Shown here one piece after another: positions 1 through 12,589 of a stretch of DNA of 64,000 nt. A program made the position numbers and the translations under genes. Source of the DNA: Felis catus (taxonomy: Eukaryota); contig NC_058368.1 of NCBI RefSeq assembly GCF_018350175.1, forward strand, positions 206,276,001-206,340,000. Direction: 5' to 3'. The stretch's first letter is position 1; each line of letters starts with the position of its first letter. The notes beneath the pieces are model-generated. The model saw only the letters and a list, made by a program, of their open reading frames with translations, was not told the DNA's origin and did no database searches.

Positions 1-131
<131 letters not shown>

Positions 132-324
132 TAGCTGTTGGAAGGGATGTTAATAGTCTGCGTTGTACCTAAGTGGGCATGGCTTTGGGCAGTACTTGGT
201 ACTTAACGTAAAAGTGCATCTGTATGTGGACGAAGTGGATTTAAAAAACAAGGCACTTTTTAAAGTATATTGACCGACAGTGCGTACAACGTGTGTAGGA
301 AAAACCAGTTAGAACCTGACCTGA

Positions 325-567
<243 letters not shown>

Positions 568-1198
568 TAAACTTCAGATCAGTTAATCTGCATTTTGTTA
601 ATCTTTCAGTGAGCAATAGTATAAGCTATAAACGTGTAGAGTGATTTGAGCTCGACTCCCTCAAATGTAATAATACCAGGGATAATCTACATCTTTCTCA
701 CCAAAATTTGTCAGGACAGTAGTGGTGAATGAGGCCTGGGGTCAGGCCTTCACTTCTGTGGCTTTGAGCAAATCTGCTACAGAAAACTGTCATAGTTATT
801 GCATTAGTATAGAATGAAAGATACCTTTCTGTCTTGTCAAAGCCAGGCTTTAGAGTTAGAATGCAGAATTTCAGCTCCAACCTGGACTTTCAGAGAAACT
901 GCATTTTAACGGCATCTTTTAAGGTGTCTTAGGTCTCAACTAAGATCATTCTTTGTTGGGGAATCCCTGGTCTTTGCCCCCTCAATTCCAGATTTTCTAA
1001 TTTTAAAAGATAACAAGGAATTTTGAGGCTTTGTAAACACCACACGCTTACATGTGTTTGTGTTCATGTGCTGAGATGACCTTTCTTTGCCCTTAAAAGC
1101 ATTATACAGTAGTGTGGGCTTAGTATTGAGTGGTCTGCTAGTTTAATGTCAGTTTAAGAGCATGAACTGATCAGAAGTCTTTAAAAGGGGGATAACTA

Positions 1199-1306
1199 CA
1201 GCTGTTGCAGCATCCAGTTCATCTTAAGGATTTCAACCATTAGTCACACAATAAATGTTCTGGTTTTAAAAAATATGTGGTGTGCTAAGGTATTTTTAAT
1301 TGCCTT
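1199..1306 (+). repeat. 108-bp direct duplicate of the RPL37 3' end (copy of 1783-1890) within intron 3
   Basis: Direct comparison gives 107/108 identity; only difference is ttcaacCattag vs ttcaacGattag. Confidence 0.95.
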
Positions 1307-1583
1307 AGTGTGTATGCATATTAAAAGTTAAAAATGTAAAGCATAGTTAAGCAGTTTAGAAAATATCCGCCATTAAACCTGCTCCTTTTTTGCCTTGGTT
1401 AAAGGATACTGCCCAATAGCCTAGGGACACGTTTTCACAAATAACCTTAGGGCTCTTAATATCTGGAAAGAAGTACTGGCCCAGTGATCAGTACAACCAA
1501 ATAAATTGTTGACCTTTTTTCCAGTTGCAGTTAAGTATATGCTTAAAATGGGTGATTTGATGCAGAAGTAGTAAATAAAATGC

Positions 1584-1663
1584 AGCTTATCCATGATGTT
1601 GTAAAAATAAATGTCTGAACATATGAATTTGATACTGATTTCAGCATTCAACTGAGATAAGCT
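1584..1663 (+). ncRNA. SNORD72: C/D box snoRNA SNORD72
   Basis: Terminal stem agcttatc (1584-1591) / gataagct (1656-1663); C box atgatgt at 1593; D box ctga 1652-1655; guide aaatgtctgaac (1609-1620) complementary to 28S rRNA GUUCAGACAUUU; about 78 nt upstream of the 3' splice site; RPL37 is the known host. Confidence 0.93.
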
Positions 1664-1691
1664 CATTTAAATCTGTATTAGTAAAAGTTGA

Positions 1692-1811
<120 letters not shown>

Positions 1812-1833
1812 GGATTTCAACGATTAGTCACAC

Positions 1834-1839
1834 AATAAA
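1834..1839 (+). terminator. RPL37: RPL37 polyadenylation signal
   Basis: AATAAA 22 nt after the stop, followed by a GT-rich downstream element (tgtggtgtgct). Confidence 0.85.
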
Positions 1840-3159
1840 TGTTCTGGTTTTAAAAAATATGTGGTGTGCTAAGGTATTTTTAATTGCCTTGTATCAGTGA
1901 ATTATTGTAGGATTGGGGATGGGACAACTTAATATTAGAGTTACTTGTTAAGTTACTGTTCTGGGGCATTAGTTTTGACCTGGGTTGTCTTCAAGCAGAC
2001 AACACTGGAAGATAATGGAAAGAAAGTATGAGTTAGCACAGCAGAGCTCATGTGACATACATGGATATTTAAAATGTTAGAGTAAATGAGAAAGCATAAC
2101 TGCTTTTAGTAGCCTTTATCTGCTATAGTCTAATGACTGGAGAGTGGTCATTAATCCTATGTGATAGGATTTGGAGTACCAGTGAGAACATGAAGGACGG
2201 GTGTTGAATGAGTTTTGGAAAGGTGATGTTAGCTCATCGAGTCTCCAAAACGCTTGGTTGGTGTCTAGTATACAGGCTTATGTGTTATTTAAGGTGGCCA
2301 GCTAAGTGAATACCTGAAGCTACTTGCTAGGTGGCAGTCCAAAAAACACTTGAGTGGGGTGGGTTAAGAGAAAGTCTGTAGGGCCATATGCAAACGTAGT
2401 GAATTGAATAGAAAGTAAAGGAAAGCGAAATATGTAAACGTGGATTTGTGGACAAAAGGCAGTGATAAATAAAGTCCCCAGTAGAATTTTTGTAACCCTC
2501 AAATGATCATTGATCTTTCTGTGTTAAAGTGCTCTGAAATTTTTTACCATGCTTTCCCAGCTCTGGTGGTTTATTGTCCGTTATTTGAAATGTGACAAGG
2601 CCAACTTAGTTGGAGTGACAGCAGAGAAGATTAAGTGGAGCACGAGTGTTCGAACAGTCACCATAAAATAGAGTTGGTCAAGTACTGTCTAACAGCTTTC
2701 ATTGATTACAACTTGACCTGTGGAGGATGTTCATGATCTTCAGTGCCTTGCTAACCTTACTTTACTGCCCCCTATAATGCTTTGCCAGGATACTAGCTAA
2801 GTCTTGCCCTCCTGATTTTCTCTTTAGCTCCTAACTCATACTTCAGATCACAGCTTACAGTCAGTTGTACAGGAGCCCCTGCTGATAGAAACCGATATGG
2901 GGCTTCCTGACACAAGATCTGAAATGACAGAGCTCTGTACTTTAGGGATCTATTAAGAGTATGGTTCCTGGAGCTTGGCTGCCATTTGTTAGTGTGATTT
3001 TCCTAACTTCAGTGCCTCTGCTCACTGGTAAACTAGAAGGCTAATGGTAACTTTCATGTGTTTGTGAGCACAGTCAAATAGTTAAGCAAAGGTGCTTTTA
3101 CAGTAGACAACTGAATAATTAGGATCAAGTTTATGAAATTGCTTTTGATCTAAAACCTA

Positions 3160-3419
3160 CAGGTGGTCCTTGAACAACCAGGTTTGAACTGTCTCAATAA
3201 ATGCAGTATAGCACTACAGACATCTTCCTGATGATTTCTTCACATATCTAGCTTGACTGTAAGAATATGATGTATGATACATATATAAAATGCATGTTGA
3301 CTGTTAACTAGTAAAGCTTCCAGTCCATTGTTAAGTTTGGGGGGAATTGAATTTACACGTGGATTTTTGACTGCATGGTACGTTTGCATGCTAACCCTCC
3401 ATCGTTCAAGGCTTAGCTA
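3160..3419. mobile_element. Tigger2-like (TcMar) non-autonomous DNA transposon
   Basis: Degenerate terminal inverted repeats caggtggtccttgaacaac ... gttcaaggcttagcta flanked by TA. Confidence 0.7.
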
Positions 3420-4823
3420 TACTTTGGCTTGAGAGAACTGAACTGAAATAATCGGACTTGATTGCAAAGTCTTTCTGAAATCTTCCAGTGTTACTACTAG
3501 TTGGTTCCTGAATGATGGAGGGACCCATTAAGATAGGTAATGGCCAGTATAGAATAACTAGGCTTTGAGGCAAATGAGCACTGACCTGAAGACCTGTGGA
3601 ATTAACTGAATACTAGGTCAGGAAAAGCATTGGTGCAAAGGGGAAGGGGGTGTGGGGACTGGTGGGCAGGGATGCATTAACAAAGGCCTGTGTGTTGGAG
3701 TATAAGGTGAGCTTACTTCATTTGCCAATGCGTGTGACCCTTAGCACAGAGTAAGTTTTGAAAACTACTCTGGCTCCGTGGTAATTCTCCCCACAGACCA
3801 TGGAAGGCACATGGACCAAATGAAACCGCTCTGATGAATTAGCAGTGATTTTAAAGCCCAGGGAGAAGCAATGGGAAAGAGATGGGGCTGGGTTGGCACA
3901 TTCTGAAGAGTGCAAACAGGTGTATTCAGTTGAGTCAGTTTGCAGAAGTTCATGTCTGATGAATTGGATGGTATCCTGAGGATTGGTTGAGGTTTGGGCA
4001 GTAGGTCCCAGTCTGACAAAAGATGCCCTACTTAATTCTATTGAGACCGTAAAAGGGACACCTGAGCCACCTAATCACCTTACTGAACTGCTGAGGAATT
4101 TGTGTTTCTTGGGCAGAGGCTACTCAGGACCAGATGAGTATCACCAACGTGTGGCTGAAAGGAGAACCAGAAATACTGAGTGCCTTGTGTCTTGTATTAT
4201 TTACTTGGTCCTTTAATCACAGATAGTGTGGTTTGTCAAGAGAGGGAAGAATCTAGAGGTGTAAGCAAGCTGTGAGCAGATGAAGAAAAGTTTCAAGTAG
4301 TAATTAAAGTGCTAATGTAATGAGAAGTCATTGAAGGTTTTGGACCCCCCAGTGGCACTAAGGTTAGTTTTCATTATCAAGATAAATGTGGAAGGTGGTG
4401 ATGTGGATGTCATGAGTCTTGAAGCTGGAAAATCAGGAAGCAGGTTCTGAAATGGTGTGAAAATGAGGAGTGGGCTAAGGTAGTGGCAGGACTGGCTGTA
4501 TTAGGGAGGTCTCAAACGAGAATATCTAAATCAAAGGGAGCTTCCAGCCCCCCTCCCATTTCCTTCTGTAACAGGCTGTGTGAACATTCCATGAGGTCAT
4601 ATATGCAAAAATATTACCAGGGAGATAGGAATCTTTGATGACAGTTTTCTGGCCATGGCAGAGGGGATTTGTTCATTTCACTGAGGAAGTAGAGTAGAAT
4701 GGAGGCAAGAGAGGGAAACACTAAACTCGGGTTTTGTTGCAATGCCTGTGGGACACCATGAAGAAGTGTTCAGGAGGAATTGAATAAACCTGGTAGCAGT
4801 TCTAGTTAGAAGTCTAGGCTGGA

Positions 4824-5031
4824 GGGGCGCCTGGGTGCCTCAGTTGGGTAAGCATCCGACTTCAGCTCAGGTCATGATCTCACAGTTTTGTGAGTTCAAG
4901 CCCCGCGTCAGGCACTGTGCTGACAGCTCAGAACCTGGAGCCTGCTTCAGATTCTGTGTCTCCCTCTCTGCCTCTCCCATGCTCATACTCTGTCTCTGTC
5001 TCTCAATAATAAATAAAAAATTTTTTTAAAA
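4824..5031 (+). mobile_element. Can-SINE (SINEC_Fc type)
   Basis: ggggcgcctgggtg tRNA-derived head, CT-rich segment, A/T tail. Confidence 0.9.
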
Positions 5032-5097
5032 AGGTGGCTAGACTGGAGCTCTATAGTAGAAGTAGGGAACTTAGAGTTGTGAAAGGGAACATATTTT

Positions 5098-5268
5098 AGG
5101 CCGCCTAGGCAGCTCAGTCAGTGGGGATTCCCGCTCGTAATTTCAGCTCAGGTCATGATCTTGCTGTTTGTGGGTTTGAGCCCCTCATGGGGGCTGTGCA
5201 GAGCCTGCTTGGGACTTCTCCCTCTCTGCCTCTCCCCACTCACTGTCTCAAAGTAAACTAAAAAAAAG
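5098..5268 (+). mobile_element. Older Can-SINE
   Basis: Diverged head, ctcaggtcatgatct core, A tail. Confidence 0.8.
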
Positions 5269-6238
5269 GGGGAGGGGGCCTATTTTAAAGGTTAGAATGG
5301 TGAAGATAATTTCCACAGAGATGGGAGGTGATGGTGAGACCTAGTGGCCATTTAGAAATGGTGGATGCAATTTCTTGACTGAGGAACTTCAGTAGCCATC
5401 CTTCAGACAGTAATGGTTGAAACTGAAAAGATACAAACAAAAAGACGGTTTAGAGAGGCTCAAAGAAAGATATGGGGAAATGTCCATATACTAGAGAGAG
5501 TAGTTCATTCATTTGTTCACCATACAATCTGTGTAGTAATGTTCCTACTATGCGCCTTCCATGTTAGAGGTGCAGTGGGAACAAAAACGTGGTTGAAGTT
5601 GACAGTCAACTCCAGTGTTTGCAGAATAATGAACCCATGAACTAGGACAGGGTTGAGTCAGAAAGAAAGGGGATTATTTGACAGGGCATTCAATCACCTG
5701 GCTGAGGTCAAGTAGAATGAAGTGGTGGTGGGGGGGGGGGGGGTGTTTGTTTTTGAGAATGAAGATTTTAAAAATAAAGATTTCCAGATTTGGCAAAATT
5801 TGGGTTAGTGTTTACTTTCCATAAACTTTATTTCAGTAGAGTATTGAGAATAAAGCCAGTTTTCTAAGGATTCAGCAAAGATGGGCAATGAGGAATGGAG
5901 AGTTTAGTTTTAAAAAGATGCTTTTGGAAAGATACTGGAAATTCTGTGGTTTTCTTCATTTCTGTTGATGACATAGTGCCCTTTCTCTTATATCAAATAA
6001 CTGTTTAGTGACCTCTGTGTGCCAGAAGTAGTTCCAGGTCCGGGAGATAGGTAGAAAATGACAAAAGGACCCTGCTCTGACAGATTTCAATCGTGTGGAC
6101 TAGGCTTGTGTGTGTGTGTGTTGGAGGTTGACCATTAGCAAGTAGGCAATTTCAGGTAGTGATAAGTGCTGTGAAGACAAAGATGTGAAAGAGAATGGGG
6201 GTGGGGGTAGAGAACCCTTCTTAGAAAGGTGGTTAAGA

Positions 6239-6447
6239 GGGGTGCCTGGGTGGCTCAGTCGGTTAAGTATCGGACCAGCTCAGGTCGTGATCTCACGGCT
6301 CGTGGGTTTGAGCCCTGCTTTGGGCTCTGTGCTGACAGCTCAGAGCCTGGAGCCTGCTTCAGATTCTGTGTCTCCCTCTCTCTCTGCCCCTTCCTGACTA
6401 GTGCTCTCTTCTCTCTCTCTCTCTCTTTTTTTTTTTTTTTTTTTAAA
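6239..6447 (+). mobile_element. Can-SINE (SINEC_Fc type)
   Basis: Full body; TSD aaaggtggttaag / aaaggtggctaag. Confidence 0.9.
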
Positions 6448-6623
6448 AAAGGTGGCTAAGCTAAATGAAAAAGAGCCACCCCCGCAAAGACCAGAACAGT
6501 CATTCAGGCAGAGATTATACTCTGCCTTTTTTGAGTTCTGGATTGGTTGCAAAATTTAGCTTAGGCTATAATTAGCTGAAATTTTGTAATACTGTATATT
6601 CATGTAAGAAAAGCAAAGTAACA

Positions 6624-6730
6624 GGGTGCCTGGCTGGCTCAGTTGGTAGGGCACATAACTATTTTTGGGTTGTGAGTTCAAGCCCCATCGTGGGTGCAGA
6701 TAGGACTTAATTAATTAAACTTCTTTTTAA
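6624..6730 (+). mobile_element. Short, old Can-SINE
   Basis: gggtgcctggctggctcagttgg ... gagttcaagcccc. Confidence 0.75.
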
Positions 6731-6983
6731 AAATGTTAAAAAGTAATGCATTATAGAATTGTTTTATTTCAGAGAAAGCTTTCTTTTTCACAGTACATAT
6801 GGATTGTATTTAGTTTTTTTTTTCCCTCAAAACAAAAGTAGTTTGAATCATAAGAAAAGCACAGGGTAGAGACTATCAGTAAACTTAGGAATCAAGAATA
6901 GAATCTGAAGCAAAAGTGTCCTTGTACACTAAGAGAGGGATGTTTGTCAAGGAAAATTCCATTGAAAAAATGGTTCCTGTGTA

Positions 6984-8310
6984 TGCAAGTGGTTTGTAGA
7001 ATAAGCATGGTAAGTGGATTGAGATAAAAACCTAACTTTTTGTGTCCTTTCTTTATACAGTGGGAATATGCTCCAGTGCCCCAGGATGAAGACTTGGTCT
7101 GACCCATGTATTTTTAGAGCATTCACAGATAATAAAAAATATCTTCCAGCCATGATTAGTTGTAAAAACAGTTTTACTTCAATAAGTAAAATGTCCAATC
7201 CTTTGTAATAAACCAAAACTCAAAGATGACTTAACCTTAACTCAGTTCTTCCAGCCTGACTTCCTTTGGGCTGGATGCCAGCAGTGGAAAAGGGGGAATG
7301 GTTGCTCTGGTTTCAGCTTTCTGTATAACTCTGGAACTTGTAAACAGCAATTTTATTCCTCCCTGGACCCAGCAGAGGATTAAGCTGACTTTTACTCTTT
7401 GAGCTCTTGGATTACCTTGGAGATTTCCTACTGATTTCCCTCTCCTGTAGTTCTCATCTCCATTCAGAATAGTCTTTTGTGACTTCTTTCTAGCCCATAG
7501 TATCCAGCTTCTTTCTCCTAGGATTTTCTCTACCTCTCAGGGCTGTATTGGCAGGATCCAAAACTATTCCATGCTCTTTCCTGAGTGGCCCACATTTGGT
7601 CCACAGGAAACATTCCCACATCCCTGACCTGACCAAATTCTGAAGTGCAGGGAGATACGGCAGCAGGCCTCTCCTGGCACGCCACCAAAACAGTTGCAGG
7701 AAACACATTTCAAAGCTCTGAGTGGTCCCTTTGAAGTTCCCTTCACCATATTTAGGACTAGAAGGTAGCAACCCTTGTTTCCAAGGTTGGATTAAATACT
7801 TAAAACTCTTCAAAGGTTTTTCTTTGCCAGTCTCTCCCTTGTACCCCTTTTATATCATTGATCCAAGGATTCTAAAAGCTGTGACCAGGTTTTTGGATAT
7901 ATTTTCTTGGGGGGGGGGGTGAGAATGTGTGTCTAATTTTGGTAGTTTCCTAAAGCAAGAAAAGTCCTATTCTGGTAAAGTGTTACATTTATATAGCTCT
8001 GCACCATAAACATCTGGCAATGTAAAAAAGTATTTGGTTTGCCCTTAAAAATGTTTAAAATGATTTGAACTCCCACGTTTTCTATAGAGAAAGTAAGTCC
8101 TGGAGAGGAAAGTTCTGGAAAAAAAAAAAACAACTGGTAAAATGGTATCAGAGAAAAGTCCAGCTTCCCCAAGTTAGGATAGAGTTAGTAGAGGTGGCTG
8201 AAGAGGAAGCAAATGATACTGTGCCAGGCGGCAAATGGTATTATTTCAGGACCATCATTATCTTGGGCAAATGGGAGGAATGGAGGGGTGGCATATGATC
8301 CAGCCACCTC
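6984..8310 (-). mobile_element. Probable ancient Gypsy-type solo LTR (MamGypLTR-like)
   Basis: Minus-strand segments (cccatttgcccaagataatg; ggattggacatttta; tcttcatcctggggca; end accacttgca) resemble recalled MamGypLTR consensus; TG...CA termini. Confidence 0.45.
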
Positions 8311-9727
8311 AGAATGGACAAGGCATAGTCAGGGCAGAAACTGTTGATGCCTCCTGTGTCCCAGAGGAGCAGCCCTCAGAGAAGAGTTCCCCAGGCGAGG
8401 ACACAGGAAGCGGAAAGCCTCAGAGAGAAGTACTGTCCAATTAGGGACGGCTCCTGGGAGAGACACCTCTGGGAACATCCCCTGTGAGGTAGCACAGCAT
8501 TGCGCGGTGCTTTTACAGTTTCAGGAAACTTGAGACGGTGTGAAAGGACTCCTTTATCATGGAGAGGAGAAAAGGGCATAGATTACTTTTAAAGGCACAT
8601 ATTTTCTTTGTTAATAAAAATTTGACAGCAGTGAGTGTTGTTGGAATGCATTCCTTTAATGAAGACATTGCACAATGTGAGCTTTTAGCAAATGTGTCTT
8701 CATTAGTAGAACCCTTACTCATCCATGGCCTGGATGTGGAACCACTGTGCTAATCATACTAATCATATGTGATAAAGTATAGATCCAAGATACCATGCAC
8801 ATACATAATTTTAGCATTGGGTTAACTTGTTTAAAAGGTAAGAAGAAACCATTTTCCAGTAATCTTGATCAGAGCAAATCTGCTCTTTTCTGATCTACTC
8901 CCTCTTAAAAAGTCCTGTGACAGAATATATTATAGAGTAAAATCCTCAACAGTTAAATTTTGAACGGTTTAAAATTTTTGAATAAATTTCATATTCATTA
9001 AAGAGAACTTTTAAAGTCTAAATAGACCAATTATAGGTAGATTTAAAGACAGCATCACGCACATTCTCCCTTCTGGGTTTTTTCAATGTCTTGAGTTTAG
9101 ACTATGCTAAAATCTGTGTAGATGCAAGCACAGACAGGCATTTAGTATTTGCAAAATAAGGAAGCCACTTACTGTATCAAAACATAGTAGTTTACCACAT
9201 AAATGCCAGAGATAACATGTAGAGTGTAAAATACAAACATCCAGCAAAAATAGTTGGTATATCAGGGTTCAATGAGACAGAAACCACACAATAACCTGAA
9301 CAGGAATCCTATAATGTAAGGGATGGAGGTAATGAAGAATTGAATACAAAAATGAAAGAGAACTCTACAGAATATAGGAAGAGCAGAAATAAAGGAGCAG
9401 GCACTACCCCTAGAAGCAGAGATAAGGCATCAAAGGAAAAAGCCTCACCCCTGGAATTGAGATTCAGAGGTCAGAGAAAGTAGAGCATAGCTCATTGGGT
9501 ATTGGAGTGTCTTGCTGCTGGGACTTAGCTGGGAAGCCCAGTGGGATGTTGATGGAGAAGCCATTTACGGGGAGGCGTGCTGCCCAATAGCCTTCTGCTG
9601 TGAAACTGCCTGAAGGGGCTCTGAGGGAAGCTTCTGGTCATTTAGGCACCTGTGGCCATTGCAGGAGCCTGGCTCTGGAAAAATCGTAGGCCTCTTTCCC
9701 AAGTTTACCAAGAATCATTGTAGTTTT

Positions 9728-10062
9728 AAAGATTTTAAGTAATCTCGACACCCAATATGGGGCTCAAACTTCACAACCCCGAGATCAAGAGTCACATACT
9801 CTGCCAACTGAGCCAGCCAGGCACCCCAAGAATAATTTTATTTTATTTTTTTTATTTTAATGCGCACAAGTGGTGGAGTGGGGGTAGGGGCAGAGGGGGA
9901 GAGAGAGAGAGACAGAGAGACAGAGAGAGAGAGAGAGAGAATCTTAAGATACAGGCTCCACAGTGGACCCCGATGCCAGGCTCGATCCCATGACCCTGGG
10001 ATCATGACCTGAGGCAAATTCAAGAGTTGGGCACTTAACCGACTGAGCCACCCAGGTGCCTC
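9728..10062 (-). mobile_element. Two adjacent or nested Can-SINEs
   Basis: Two reverse heads (gagccagccaggcacccc near 9826; gagccacccaggtgcc near 10060); repeated flank ccaagaat(c/a)att. Confidence 0.85.
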
Positions 10063-10169
10063 CCCACCCCAAGAATCATTTTAATACAGCTTAGAGTTCT
10101 TTGTCAGATTTAATCTAAGTAAAATTTGTGCTGACTTGGCCAATATAAATATCTGTAAAATATGCTAGA

Positions 10170-10856
10170 CAGTCATTGTCTAATTTAGAAATATAATGTG
10201 AGCCACAAATGCAAACCACGTAGCAGTTTTAAATTTTCTAGCAGCCACATTTAAAAATGTAAGAAAACAGGGTGCCTGCCTGGCTCAGTCGATAGAGCAT
10301 GTGACTCCTGATCTCATAATCATGAGTTTGAGCCTCATGTTGGGTGTGAGATTACTTTAAAAAAATGTAAAAAGAGGTGCCTGGGTGGCTCAATTGGTTA
10401 AGCACCTGACCCTTGATTTAGGCTCCGGTCATGATCTCACAGTTCGTGGATTCAAGCCCCGCGTCCATGCTCAGCATGGAGCCTGCTTAGAATTCTTTCT
10501 CTGTCTCTCCCCCACCCACGCTCTCTCTCTCTCTCAGAATACATAAATAAACTTTTTTTTAATGTAAAAAAAGTGAAACTAATTATATATATATTTTTTA
10601 CGTTTATTTTGAGAGAGCGAGCAAGCAAGGAAGGGGCAGAGAGAGGGAGAGAGATTTTAATATTTTTTAACAGTATGTCTAAAATCATTTACCATGTAAT
10701 TAGTATAAAACTGAAGATATTTTTCGTTCTTTTTTCATACCAAGTCTTCAAAATACAGTCTGTATTCTATAGTTCCAACACGTCTCAGTTCAGATGTCAC
10801 ATTTCAAACGTTCAATTGCTATGTGTGGCTAGGGGTTACCCTATCGGATAGCATGA
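10170..10856. mobile_element. MER33-like hAT-Charlie element interrupted by three Can-SINEs (about 10270-10365 +, 10375-10570 +, 10596-10660 -)
   Basis: aatataatgtgagccaca...aaattttctagcagccacatttaaaa and cacatttcaa...atgtgtggctaggggttacc motifs; SINE heads inside. Confidence 0.7.
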
Positions 10857-10927
10857 ACCTTGACATCAAGTTTAACATTTTGAGGTTGAGTGATCATTGA
10901 AGCCGTCTGAATCAGAAATAGTGTTCA

Positions 10928-11118
10928 GGGCACCTGGTGGCTTAGCAGTTAAGCATCCGACTCTTCATTTTGGCTCAGGTCATGATCTCACGGTTTGTGA
11001 GTTTGAACCCCACATTGGGCTCCATGCTGACAGCGAGAGCCTGCTTGGGATTCTCTCTCCCTTTCTCTCTGCCCCTCCCCCACTTTCTCTCTTTCTCTCA
11101 AAATAAATTAAAAAAAAA
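10928..11118 (+). mobile_element. Can-SINE
   Basis: Head, core, CT tract and A tail. Confidence 0.88.
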
Positions 11119-11223
11119 TGGTGCTGCATTCACCATGTAAATCTATAGGTAAAATCAAAACATACAAAAGTTACTACCTTTTAGGTCAATTAAGCCCAGC
11201 TTTTTACCTGTAAATTGGTAAAA

Positions 11224-11265
11224 ATAAGTAAGTAAGTAAGTAAGTAAATAAATAAATAAATAAAA
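11224..11265 (+). repeat. (TAAG)n/(TAAA)n microsatellite in a MIR-like remnant
   Basis: Direct reading. Confidence 0.8.
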
Positions 11266-12589
11266 TGTGCCTATCTAATAATGTTGTTGTTGCAAAGTGT
11301 TCCTATGAGAACAAAATGAGATAGTACATATAAGTTATCAGCCCAGTGCCTGGTAAAAGTTTGATAAATGTTAGTGGTCATTATTATTACTATATAGGTA
11401 TCATTCCTGGATAAGAGATATCACTTTGATAATAGCAGAAAGTCAGAAAGAACCCTATAAAGACAACATGTATCTAGGTGAATTGACTACAATCAATGAT
11501 CTATGCTATATTAGACTCTATAGCACTGTAGGCTGAGAAATTTGATTTGATCAGAACAATGAGCATGGTTTATCTCTCAGGTGAAGCTCATATTAACCAA
11601 GTAACCAAGATGACCATATATCCAACAAACTTGTTTTTAACCTTCTGTCTACAAAAGTAAACTGAAAACTGTCTTTGTGCCAGGCACTGATTTAGGCATT
11701 GGGGATATATCAGTGAACCAAGAGGGGAAGGCAGGAAAATGGTCATGGATAAGCCTAAGTCATGTTTAAAACAAAATGACCATCAACTCTTATTATCTAG
11801 GTTGGGGTAGGTTAACCATTTGGGAATTATTTCTGATTAAGGATCAGCTACTTGGCTAAGATTCAGTTGAAAGGCAGAGGGAGCAGACAAGGCATGATCC
11901 CGAGATATCTACTACATGAGTTCAGGTTCAATCTCAAGGTCATACATTCACCATTTACTCAATTTCTCCACCACACCATGCACTTCACCTGCCTTCATGG
12001 TTAATCAGCAAACTGATTAACCCACTCCCACATAATTAAAAATTGTTTGAGAATTGGTTTGCCAACTTATCAAAAATATAACTGTCAAAAGGGTAGAATG
12101 CTTTGGAAGTCTCAACAAACACTTTCTTTAACTCTGAAAGAGCATTCTTATCTTTCTGTTCTTGAGAAAGCACCTTTCCATAGCTTCCATGAACTGACCA
12201 AAGAAGAAAGCAGGAAATCCTTGTTTTAACAAAGAGCTAGTAGGCTGAAAGACATGGTTTAAGATCAGATGCAGGGCCTTGGAACACAGCCAAGACAGTC
12301 TAATTCATTCCACTCTAAGGCCAACCCAAGTGGGTCTGGACCTGAAAGCAGACGCAATTGCTAGGGAAAACTGTGAGGAAACACTGATCCAACATTCCCA
12401 GTTCTAAACGTGTATACTACCCAAGCACTATCACAAGGGCACAAAGTTCTATGCCCACGGGCATTTATTATTGCATTATTTATAATATATACTTTAAAAA
12501 CCTAAGTCCCCTAAGTAGAGGTTGAGTTAAATAAATTAGAGTGCATTCTTACAATGGAATAGTAATGCAATTGTTAAACACACACACAC

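Noticed and set aside
1199..1230. Duplicated RPL37 segment acting as an in-frame alternative last exon via cag at 1199-1201 or 1208-1210
   Set aside because: No polypyrimidine tract upstream, and both acceptors put the copy out of the native frame.
3829..3910. TGATGA ... CTGA spaced like a C/D snoRNA
   Set aside because: C box lacks the leading purine, the terminal stem does not fit kink-turn geometry, it is apparently intergenic, and I recognise no rRNA guide.
7490..7813. 107-aa minus-strand ORF with a vaguely zinc-knuckle-like CFLWTKCGPLRKEH
   Set aside because: Spacing does not fit CX2CX4HX4C; it lies within the probable LTR; no other gag features.
8288..8320. VAYDPATSEW peptide resembling a kelch repeat
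   Set aside because: Single short motif in a frame with nearby stops; no additional repeats.
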